DNA from: Macrostomum lignano
Lineage: Eukaryota
Assembly (NCBI GenBank): GCA_002269645.1
Contig: NIVC01000059.1
Location: 558,001 to 622,000 of the forward strand
Length of the DNA: 64,000 bases
Reading direction: 5' to 3'
The position numbers and the translations under genes are program-made. The notes beneath the pieces are model-generated. The model was not told where the DNA came from. It saw nothing but the letters and a program-made list of their open reading frames with translations, and made no database searches. Positions 39,857-51,900 of this stretch are shown here, piece after piece; position 1 is the stretch's first letter; every line of letters begins with the position of its first letter.

Positions 39857-40984
39857 ATGAATAATACACCGCAGAGTCGGATAAAAACAACACAGATTAT
39901 ATTAAGGCGTGTTTTTGTTTGTTTGAAATCTGCAATCACTCTTATGATTATGTAGGTTATTATTAGAAGTAGTTCCGCTTTTCTAGAAAGTTAAAATAAA
40001 AATCTATATAATTGTCATCTATTGCTGGTGGTTAAATATATGCAGTACTGTACTAGTAGTGTAGTAGCGCTTACTAAGTTCGTCTCTAGCATTCCTTAGT
40101 CAGTTTTATTAAATCTGTGTTCGCATCGATTTTGCTGTTGATTTCTAAATTAGGATAGTTTAGAAAGATGTTTATGTGGGCGTTATTCAATGTACGTACA
40201 TTCAAGGGGAGAGGGGTTCGGAAAGTTTTCAAAACCAATACTCTCCTTAGAATGTACTTTCTTGGCTTCTAATTATCTGAGAAAGTGTGACTTAAAATGA
40301 TGTACATGTACATTCGTTCTTTCTACCCCCGCAGTAGTGATAACGGTGGCCTAGTTGGACTGAATGTACGTTCCTTCGTCTTTCTACCCCCCGGTGGAGA
40401 GAAAATGGTGGCCTATAATTGGACTGAATGTACGCTCGTACATTCCTTCGTCTTTCTACCCCCCGGTGGAGAGTAAGCCATATGGCCATATGGTATCACG
40501 AGATGTGCGTTAGTAAGTGGAAAAATATAGTTATTTATTTTATTAGCCAGAATAACAAAAATATATTATAATTTCATTTTAGATTAGAATTGCAACTTAA
40601 TTTTCGAAGCTAGTAGCTAAAATACGAATTATTATTATTATTATCGTAATCCATTTTATGCATTGGCAATTTTTTATATTAGTCGATACTTTTTCTCGGT
40701 TGTCAATCTACTAAATCGGTGCAGGTGTTTCGCAGACAGTCGCCTCCATTTTTAAATGTTGATTTTTTGCAGTTTTTCACTTAGCTAAAAGACAGCGAGT
40801 AATCCGGCCCTAAGTATGACACAATATATATTATGAGTTTCATCAGTGCCCCAATGATGCAGAACTTCTTAACATCATCCGGTTCGCTCTGCTCATTATT
40901 ATCGGTGCTGAATCATCAATCAGTAATACTTTTTTTCCTTTAGTTATTTTACCTTGAGTCTCCTTTTGCTTTTTGACACACTTA

Positions 40985-42525
40985 GAGACACGGCGGCCGT
41001 GTCTATAATCCAAAAACGGATTATAGATACGGCGGCTGTGTCTCTAATTGTGATTAGGTCCATACTTATAGATACGGCGGCTGTGTCTCTAATTGTGATT
41101 AGGTCCATACTTATAGATACGGCGGCTGTGTCTCTAATTGTGATTAGGTCCATACTTATAGATACGGCGGCTGTGTCTCTAATTGTGATTAGGTCCATAC
41201 TTATAGATACGGCGGCCGTGTCTCTAATTGTGATTAGGTCCATACTTATAGATACGGCGGCCGTGTCTCTAATTGTGATTAGGTCCATACTTATAGATAC
41301 GGCGGCTGTGTCTCTAATTGTGATTAGGTCCATACTTATAGATACGGCGGCTGTGTCTCTAATTGTGATTAGGTCCATACTTATAGATACGGCGGTTGTG
41401 TCTCTAATTGTGATTAGGTCCATACTTATAGATACGGCGGCTGTGTCTCTAATTGTGATTAGGTCCATACTTATAGATACGGCGGCTGTGTCTCTAATTG
41501 TGATTAGGTCCATACTTATAGATACGGCGGTTGTGTCTCTAATTGTGATTAGGTCCATACTTATAGATACGGCGGCTGTGTCTCTAATTGTGATTAGGTC
41601 CATACTTATAGAAACGGCGGCTGTGTCTCTAATTGTGATTAGGTCCATACTTATAGATACGGCGGCCGTGTCTCTAATTGTGATTAGGTCCATACTTATA
41701 GATACGGCGGCTGTGTCTCTAATTGTGATTAGGTCCATACTTATAGATACGGCGGCTGTGTCTCTAATTGTGATTAGGTCCATACTTATAGATACGGCGG
41801 CTGTGTCTCTAATTGTGATTAGGTCCATACTTATAGATACGGCGGCTGTGTCTCTAATTGTGATTAGGTCCATACTTATAGATACGGCGGCTGTGTCTCT
41901 AATTGTGATTAGGTCCATACTTATAGATACGGCGGCTGTGTCTCTAATTGTGATTAGGTCCATACTTATAGATACGGCGGCTGTGTCTCTAATTGTGATT
42001 AGGTCCATACTTATAGATACGGCGGCTGTGTCTCTAATTGTGATTAGGTCCATACTTATAGATACGGCGGCTGTGTCTCTAATTGTGATTAGGTCCATAC
42101 TTATAGATACGGCGGCTGTGTCTCTAATTGTGATTAGGTCCATACTTATAGATACGGCGGTTGTGTCTCTAATTGTGATTAGGTCCATACTTATAGATAC
42201 GGCGGCTGTGTCTCTAATTGTGATTAGGTCCATACTTATAGAAACGGCGGCTGTGTCTCTAATTGTGATTAGGTCCATACTTATAGATACGGCGGCCGTG
42301 TCTCTAATTGTGATTAGGTCCATACTTATAGATACGGCGGCTGTGTCTCTAATTGTGATTAGGTCCATACTTATAGATACGGCGGTTGTGTCTCTAATTG
42401 TGATTAGGTCCATACTTATAGATACGGCGGCTGTGTCTCTAATTGTGATTAGGTCCATACTTATAGAAACGGCGGCTGTGTCTCTAATTGTGATTAGGTC
42501 CATACTTATAGATACGGCGGCCGAC
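40985..42525. repeat. Highly homogeneous 42-bp tandem array (~36 copies): GATACGGCGGCTGTGTCTCTAATTGTGATTAGGTCCATACTTATA-type unit
   Basis: Direct observation; diverged related units flank it at 40985-41022 and 42525-42800. Confidence 0.95.
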
Positions 42526-43459
42526 CGGCTGTGTCCGTACAATATAGAATGCGTCTCCCACTGGAGACAGCGGCCGTGTCAATGAAGTCTGCACAGCGCC
42601 AGCGGCCATGTCATTAATATTAAATGAGTCCCCACTTAAAGACACGGAGGGTGGCCGTGTCCCTAATATAGAATCCATTCGACACTGGAGACTGCGGCGG
42701 TCTCTTTATTGCCAAAATTTAAAGCAACGGTACCATGTGTGCTTACACGGCGGAGGTGCCTATAAGCTCCAACATTGTAGACACGGCCACCGTTTCTATA
42801 AGTGCTTCTTTTGTTTTTTAGCTCAATGTGGCGGGTGCCTTTAACGTCTAAAATCTCGCCAAAATGAGGCGCTTCTATCGCTAAATCCGGATAGCACCAA
42901 AATGTGGCTGGCGCTTCAACGTTGGCACCAAATATGGACATGTAGCAGGACCAGGACATGCGCCATGCATGCTACACGCGCTGGTTCATGCAGTGGATTT
43001 TAATTTTTAGGATTGCGTCTCCACTCTCCAATGGCTCGTCAATATTCCCCTGGATTAATTTTAATTGGATATCGCTGATTGATCCCGAGTCTGCGCACGA
43101 CTGGTCCCATCCAAGGTCTACCTGCTGTCTATATTATCAACTGCTTTTCTGCTTGTTTCGGTACCTAGGAATATCTTTTGAGGGCCTGAACACCGGAGCA
43201 GTCATACAGACAGGTATCAACCTTTCAGGATACGGTGAGTGACAAGCCAATGCTGTTATTTTATTTGCTCTTGGGTTATTTCCTTAGGATGGCTTGTCTC
43301 ATTGCTGCTTAGTGAAGCGATTTATTAATTTATCTCTAATTAGACAGACCTGGTTTATTTAATTGGACGGCGTATTCTAAAATTATTCTAAAATTATTTT
43401 TTCAATATTTTTGAAAAAAATATTGAATGCATTGCAGCCGTCTATTTACAAGTGAGGCG

Positions 43460-43950
43460 CTTCTAGACAGGGATGTCCTTTTCTAGACACGGATGTCCTT
43501 TTCTAGGCACGGATGTCCACTTCAAGACACGGATGTCAACTTCTAGACAGAGATGTCCAATTCTTGATAGGGACGTCCAATTTTAGATACAAATGTCCAC
43601 TTCTAGACAGATGTCTACTTATAGACACGAATGTCCACTTCTAGACGCGGATGTCCACTTCTAGATGAGGATGTCCACTTCTAGGTGAGGATGTCCACTT
43701 CTAGGTAGGGATGTCCACTTCTAGACAGGGATGTCCACTTCAAGACAAGGTTGTCCACTTCTAGACAGAGACGTCCACTTCTAGACACGGATGTCCACTT
43801 CTAGACACGGATGTCCACTTCTAGGCACGGATGTCCACTTCTAGACACGGATGTCCACTTCTAGGCACGGATGTCCACTTCTAGACACGGATGTCCACTT
43901 CTAGGCACGGATGTCCACTTCTAGCAAGAGATGCCCACGTCAAGACAGGG
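43460..43950. repeat. 20-bp minisatellite (CTAGACACGGATGTCCACTT)
   Basis: About 23 copies; shares TAGACACGG...TGTC with the 42-bp family. Confidence 0.88.
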
Positions 43951-43997
43951 ATATCATATCCTAACTACACAACATTCTCAGGGATAGTTGAGCAGCC

Positions 43998-44745
43998 ATG
44001 AATTTTTCCATTGGACCAACCCGTCTGCTGCTGCTGCTGCTGCTGTTGCTGTCAACACGTGAGCGGCTGCTGTGCGATGAGTCAGCCAGTTCAAGTCTTC
44101 ACCAATCTTGCGGACCAAATCCGTTCTGGATACTGAAGGTTGGAGCCGAGCGAATGCTTGGTAGACTAGTCACTGAAGGTCAGTATCTACGATACTTTTC
44201 ACTAGTACTGTACGTTTTAGCAATTTACGAGCGGATATGCGTGTTTGTAATTCTCAGCCCGCCAGTGTCGATGTACATGACATGTAATTCAACTATTCAC
44301 AAGAGTATGTACATTCACTCCTTCCCCCAGCCACTAGTATGTACATTCACTCCTTCCCCCAGCCACTAGTATGTACATTCACTCCTTCCCCCAGCCACTA
44401 GTATGTACATTTTTACTCCTTCCCCCAGCCACTAGTACCTGGTATGTACATTCACTCCTTCCCCCAGCCACTAGTATGTACATTCACTCCTTCCCCCAGC
44501 CACTAGTATGTACATTCACTCTACCAACATTCTTAAATTTTATCGTTCAGGAAATTCCACTTTCGCACTGTGTTTTAGCTCGCGCACTGTATTACTCTGC
44601 CAGCCAACCTCACCCCCGAAAACCCGCAGACGAGTTCGAGCTGCTGTTCAACAGAGGACTTGTGCATGTCAAGGGCAAGAAATTTCGTCGACTTTTAAAA
44701 AAATACCAAGAATGCCTCCTATCTGTTGAGAATGGCGATTTCTGA
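43998..44745 (+). CDS. Putative small secreted protein of unknown family, 2 exons, ~111 aa
   Basis: Exon 43998-44138 (MNFSIGPTRLLLLLLLLLSTRERLLCDES...FWILK, donor AAG|GTTGGA) and exon 44551-44745 (acceptor TATCGTTCAG, phase 0; EIPLSHCVLARALYY...KKYQECLLSVENGDF*). The intron carries a ~32-bp repeat like other introns here. No recognisable domain. Confidence 0.5.
44300..44525. repeat. ~32-bp tandem repeat (GTATGTACATTCACTCCTTCCCCCAGCCACTA)
   Basis: About 6 copies inside the predicted intron. Confidence 0.85.
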
Positions 44746-45054
44746 GTAGATGGTTTTACCGGGCCTTGTAGACTGAATTTGACTAAAAAATAAACCAGTC
44801 TAACACCCGAAAAATGGATGACATGGTTGCTGCCATAATAAATAGTTAAATCCTAATTAAGATGCTGGATACAAAATAATGTAATCTTGTTCTAAAAGAG
44901 GAGCATATGATATATTAATTTTTGCTATTCTTGCATGCATTATGCTGTACAGTACATGTACATGTAAAACCACCCCTGTTTACAACATATTAACAGAATC
45001 ATTGAATGCACAGATAGTTAATGAGTTATCAGATCCCCATCTGTCATGTTATCC

Positions 45055-45790
45055 CAAAAGGTCATTGATATCCCATTCCGTCATTGATATCCCCATCGAT
45101 CCGTCATTGATATTCTAATACGTCATTAATATCCCAACCCGTTATTGATATTCTAATACGTCATTAATATCCCAACCTATCATTGATATTCTAATCCGTC
45201 ATTAATATCCCATACCGTCATTAATATCCCAACCTATCATTGATATTCTAATCCGTCATTAATATCCCAACCCATCATTGATATTCTAATCCGTCATTAA
45301 TATCCCAACCCATCATTGATATTCTAATCCGTCATTAATATCCCATACCGTCATTAATATCCCAACCTATCATTGATATTCTAATCCGTCATTAATATCC
45401 CAACCTATCATTAATATTCTAATCCGTCATTAATATCCCAACCCATCATTGATATTCTAATCCGTCATTAATATCCCATACCGTCATTAATATCCCAACC
45501 TATCATTGATATTCTAATCCGTCATTAATATCCCAACCCATCATTGATATTCTAATCCGTCATTAATATCCCAACCCATCATTGATATTCTAATCCGTCA
45601 TTAATATCCCAACCCATCATTGATATTCTAATCCGTCATTAATATCCCAACCTATCATTGATATTCTAATCCGTCATTAATATCCCAACCCATCATTGAT
45701 ATTCTAATCCGTCATTAATATCCCAACCCATCATTGATATTCTAATCCGTCATTAATATCCCAACCCATCATTAATATCCCAATCCGTCT
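45055..45790. repeat. 38-bp minisatellite (CCGTCATTAATATCCCAACCCATCATTGATATTCTAAT) between convergent genes
   Basis: Tandem copies. Confidence 0.9.
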
Positions 45791-45970
45791 AACTGATTAA
45801 TTATATTTAGAGGCAATCATGTATTTTATTGTGAATCACTTTAAGCATTGGCAACAATCAGAACAGCATAGGTGACCATTAGAATCTGTATTGTGCAAGC
45901 TAGCATGAGATGCATGCCAATAAAAGAAGACAAATTAATAAAACAGACTGGATCAGCTACATGGTTATAG

Positions 45971-48900
45971 CTATTTCAACGCAGATTTGGATGACTTGGT
46001 CAGTGGCACAGTTTCAGCGGCTGTTCGCTTTCCACAGCGGTCAGTTCTAAGATAATCAATCGACAGGTAAAGAAATTCGACCAGTTCGATCAGGAAGGCC
46101 ATGGTTAGACCCAGATAGAGCGAGCACAGGCCTCCGATGCGACTCATCAAGGCTTCGAGGGTCACAGTGAGTTTCTCGCGTTTGTGCACACTATCGAAGC
46201 TGCGCCTGCGGACTATGATGTAGGCAAACTGGTTGTAGCCCTTCGGCACCAGGCTCTTGCGGTCCTCGGGAATCTGTCGGAGATTGGTGCTATTCAAGTA
46301 GGTCATGATCTTTGACTCCATTTTGGCCGCTGTGTCCGAGTCTTTCTTGGATCTGTACGAATATTGGTATGGGTTGAATGGGTCAGAGGCTGGGCAATCG
46401 ATTCAATTGCGACAGCTGCTTGCTTTCAATTAAATTGAATCATTTTTGTTGCTAATCGTGGGGCCAAGGACCACTAGAATTTACCCTTGTATCCGAACGT
46501 AACACTCGTAAATATTACAATATTAATTTGAAGGCTCACTCGTAAAGATGTCATACCCGCACTCGTGACCGTGCAGGAATCATATTCATTCTTATTGGAT
46601 TAGAATTGCATTCTTATTGGTCTAACTGCGCGCGGTCTATGATTAAAATAGAATCAAATAAGAATGAGTTCATGAAGAGGTCATTTGTACGTCTATGGCA
46701 AAAAGCACTCGTTAGCGTTCTAGAATCGTTTCAATATCATTTGCATCCTGACTGCAGATAAATGCATTGACTAGTTACTAGCTACAATAAATAACACGCA
46801 GTCTTGGTAGAACAGCTCGGGGCGGGGTAGAAAAATGACATATCTGCTGGGCAAAGTTCTAAAAAATAGAACTTCAATGCATTCCCTGGCGCCATTACAC
46901 AGAGGAACTTCAAGAGACTCTCCAAGAGACACTCTAGAGACACTCTAGAGACACTCCAAGAGACATCCAAGAGACACTCAAAAGAAACTCAAAAGACACT
47001 CCAAGAGACATCTAAGAGACACTCCAGAGACACTCAAAGATACATCCAAGAGACACTCAAGAGACACTCCAAGAGACACTCAAGAGACATCCAAGAGACA
47101 CTCAAGAGACACCCAAGAGACACTCAAGAGACACTCCAAGAGACACTCCAAGAGACACTCAAGAGACATCCAAGAGACACTCAAGAGACACTCCAAGATA
47201 CACTCAAGAGACATCCAAGAGACACTCAAGAGACACCCAAGAGACACTCAAGAGACACTCCAAGAGACACTCAAGAGACATCCAAGGGACACTCAAGAGA
47301 CATCCAAGAGACACTCAAGAGACACTCAAGAGACATCCAAGAGACACTCAAGAGACACTCCAAGAGACACTCAAGAGACACTCAAGAGACACTCAAGAGA
47401 CACTCCAAGAGACACTCAAGAGACACTCCAAGAGACACTCAAGAGACACTTGAGAGACATCCAAGAGACACTCAAGAGACATCCAAGAGACACTCAAGAG
47501 ACACTCCAAGAGACACTTAAGAGACACTTAAGAGACATCCAAGAGACACTCAAGAGACATCCAAGAGACACTCAAGAGACATCATTCAAGAGACACTCAA
47601 GAGACATCCAAGAAACACTCAAGAGACACTCCAAGAGACACTCAAGAGGCACTCCAAGAGACACTCAAGAGACACTCCAAGAGACACTCAAGAGACACTC
47701 CAAGAGACACTCAAGAGACACTCAAGAGACACTCAAGAGACACTCAAGAGACACTCAAGAGACACTCAAGAGACACTCAAGAGACACTCAAGAGACACCC
47801 AAGAGACACTCCAAGAGACACCCAAGAGACACTCAAGAGACACTCAAGAGACACTCAAGAGACACTCAAGAGACACTCAAGAGACACTCAAGAGACACTC
47901 AAAAGACACTCAAGAGACACTCAAGAGACACCCAAGAGACACTCCAAGAGACACTCAAGAGACACTCCAAGAGACACTCAAGAGACACTCAAGAGACACT
48001 CAAGAGACACTCAAGAGACACTCAAGAGACACTCAAGAGACACCCAAGAGACACTCCAAGAGACACCCAAGAGACACTCAAGAGACACTCCAAGAGACAC
48101 TCAAGAGACACTCCAAGAGACACTCAAGAGACACTTGAGAGACATCCAAGAGACACTCAAGAGACATCCAAGAGACACTCAAGAGACACTCCAAGAGACA
48201 CTTAAGAGACACTTAAGAGACATCCAAGAGACACTCAAGAGACATCCAAGAGACACTCAAGAGACACCCAAGAGACACTCCAAGAGACACTCAAGAGACA
48301 CTCCAAGAGACACTCAAGAGACACTCAAGAGACACTCAAGAGACACTCAAGAGACACTCAAGAGACACTCAAGAGACACCCAAGAGACACTCCAAGAGAC
48401 ACCCAAGAGACACTCAAGAGACACTCAAGAGACACTCCAAGAGACACTCAAGAGACACTCCAAGAGACATCCAAGAGACACTCAAGAGACATCCAAGAGA
48501 CACTCAAGAGACACTCCAAGAGACACTTAAGAGACACTTAAGAGACATCCAAGAGACACTCAAGAGACATCCAAGAGACACTCAAGAGACATCCAAGAAA
48601 CACTCAAGAGACACTCCAAGAGACACTCAAGAGGCACTCCAAGAGACACTCAAGAGACACTCCAAGAGACACTCAAGAGACACTCCAAGAGACACTCAAG
48701 AGACACTCAAGAGACACTCAAGAGACACTCAAGAGACACTCAAGAGACACTCAAGAGACACTCAAGAGACACTCAAGAGACACTCAAGAGACACCCAAGA
48801 GACACTCCAAGAGACACCCAAGAGACACTCAAGAGACACTCAAGAGACACTCAAGAGACACTCAAGAGACACTCAAGAGACACTCAAGAGACACTCAAGA

Positions 48901-51900
48901 GACACCCAAGAGACACTCCAAGAGACACTCAAGAGACACTCCAAGAGACACTCAAGAGACACTCAAGAGACACTCAAGAGACACTCAAGAGACACTCAAG
49001 AGACACTCAAGAGACACTCAAGAGACACCAAGAGACACTCAAGAGACACCCAAGAGACACTCAAGAGACACTCAAGAGACACTCAAGAGACACTCAAGAG
49101 ACACTCAAGAGACACTCAAGAGACACTCAAGAGACACCCAAGAGACACTCCAAGAGACACTCAAGAGACACTCCAAGAGACACTCAAGAGACACTCAAGA
49201 GACACTCAAGAGACACTCAAGAGACACCCAAGAGACACTCCAAGAGACGATCCCCAACAATGGGACCCTTGCCAAACCAATTGGTTTCCAAGAAAAATTG
49301 CTTTGCAGGACAGCTAGGCGGAGAAACCCTTACTGTCTGCTTAAAATCATCCATAATTTTATTATTATCAAAAACCAATTTTGACAAACTTGATCTGGTT
49401 TTAAAGCCGATTAAATTCTTCGCATTGACACGATAAATGATTTATTAGCATGTTATTTAAAATCAATCTTGAATAGTTGGAGTTCATTGACTTGAAACTT
49501 ATTTTGCTTAAAAAAGTTACTCTTGTAAAAAGCATCAGCTTCATTCAAATTTGTGCTCATTTTCCTATGAAACTTATGCCATTTTTTGAAGAATTTATTC
49601 AACTTTAAATAGCGACCAAGATTGCTATTTCGAAATTATTCAAGTTAGCTTGCCAAGCCGCCTTATTCAAACCTTGCTCGCAGTAGTTTCGCCCAGCTCT
49701 GCGACTGGTCCATCATCCAATGCAGCTGGAAGTTGGTTGCTCGCCAGCGCGTCACCGACGACTGCTGCGGATAGGTGTAGCGACTGCAGCGCTTCCGACA
49801 CGTGGTGCCGTACGCCGCCTGACGCACGGCTCTGACATCGACGCCGCTAAGGCAGTCGAGGCGTCTGAAAAAATACCGGAAAACCAATGCCACGGCTCTG
49901 TAATGTACACAAAAGAGCGTAAGTAAAACAGCTAAACAGTTTCTACCTTCTTCTTTCCCTATATTTCTACTATAAGTAGAGTGATTAAAATGTTATTTAA
50001 TATTTTTAGTGTTATACATTCGATATTCTGTAGTTTCTACTGCAAGTAAAGTAAAAAGAGTATGCTTTGACATACTCGTACATGTATCGAAAATCAATTT
50101 ATCAATCGCACAGCTTTCTACTAACAATTAATGCATGTTGTGACGGTCGAGCCCGATCGTGACTATGAGTAGTTTTGTAACTTCTACTCAACAATAGCAT
50201 TAATACATGCCTTACCGGAAGAAGCTTTCAGTTTTGTTCGGATCAATATTGCCGCAGTAAGGTGTCTGAAGCGTCGGTCGAGCCACTGGCCGGGGCAGGT
50301 GGGCCAAGACGCAGCCGCACCGATTGATCACGTGACGATTGAGCTCCTGGTCGATGCAGGCCCGATAGGAATAGGAATAATTCCTGCCCAAGTCGTAGAT
50401 GTAAGGCTGGTGACCCGGATGGCAGCGATCGTTGGGCAACTCGGTAGCCTCACTCCATTGGATGGTGTCGAAAGCAATTTCCACCATTTTGCCTGCAAAA
50501 AAAATTTAGGTATAAACAAAGAAAAAATGTTAACTATTTACATTCAATTTCAGCGCTATAATGACTGTTTCGCATTTCCTTGTTGGCCTTTGTTGAACAA
50601 AGTAACGTCGAAAAATTCTACGAATACTTTGTAGATAAATAAAGATCAAAAAGGTTGGGCTTGTTTTCTTGTTGTCATGTACATTCTCTTTGTTACATCT
50701 CTCTCCCTCGCCGCGTTCTGATTGGCTCTCCATTCTCGCCTCTCTCTTTAGTCGCACAGTCCTCCACCCCTCCTTTTATTATCTGTATTCAACCCCAGTC
50801 GTCATAAATATACCCGTTAGGGCGCAATTAACTGCAATTAAATAAAATAGACTAATTTTAAAAGTTTTATTCTTTCCTTTACAATGTAAATTGTCACGTG
50901 ACCTTCTCTACATGTAAACTGTACACTAGCTCAAGTCAGTAAGGGATTGGTTGGGGTTCCAAGCAAGGATCTTAGCTCTCTCCGTCTCGTGACTTCTATG
51001 CCACTCTTTTTTTTAACTGGGAAGTCCATTTTGATTGTCTGTTCTAGACACAACAGAACCCATCCAAACCAATAAACTTCTATTTTATCTAACCTTAGTA
51101 ATGTTCCTTCTCCATTCCAAATCAACGCCGATTGGCGGTCACGTGACCTCTAACTGTTTAGTCGATACTGGTACAATTATCGTTTTAATAATATCAGCCC
51201 AACCCTTCGCCAATTTCTTAATTAACCAAATGGTAATGGTAATGGTATTTGACCAATGGACCAAAGCTTTCTTGGTCACGTGATCTCCCTCCTTTACCCT
51301 CAATGTACATTTATGCTACTTATACGGGCAAACTCCGCCACCCTATCTAACGAGGCATTTTATAAAAACGAAACAGCTCACCCGGTTCAATGTGAACTCC
51401 GCCCTTATCGACATTGGGGAATATGCCATCCTCGTGCAGTAACAGTCTGAGGCCGAACGCCTGATCGAAGATGTCCATAACGAAGGCCTGATCCCAGCTG
51501 CGCAGGTCCGGCGGCAGGCCCAGGTCTACAATGAGGTACACATCGGACACTCGCCTGCTGTAATAGTCTAGACTTGGTCGAACAGTGTAGCAGTTGAAGT
51601 AGCGCGGATTGGACACCAGATCGAATTCTAGTCCGCACTGTTGATCTTTGCCAACTAGACTATAACTGCCCCGAACTGTCATACAGTGCAATAGGAACTC
51701 CTTCATTGATCGGCCCATTGCTATAGCCAGTTCTGGTGACAGATTCTGATAGTACACTCGCATCTTGTCGTAGAAGGTGAGCTTTTGGGCGAGCTGCAAT
51801 CGTCCGGATTCCAGTAGATCGCGCGTTAGATTGCGCAGCATTGTGTTGAATTGTTGCGGCGATAGACCTAGTAAAGATTAGCCCTTAGAGAATCTTAATA

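Noticed and set aside
40944-42585. 532-aa and 543-aa ORFs on opposite strands; also a superficial CRISPR-like repeat/spacer look
   Set aside because: The ORFs are stop-free readings of a 42-bp (multiple of 3) tandem unit. Not CRISPR: eukaryotic context, no cas genes, and the spacers are identical or related to each other.
50530-50757. 75-aa minus ORF as an additional ENaC exon
   Set aside because: The 51382 to 50492 junction already joins in frame with expected family motifs; the phase-compatible frame here contains a stop.
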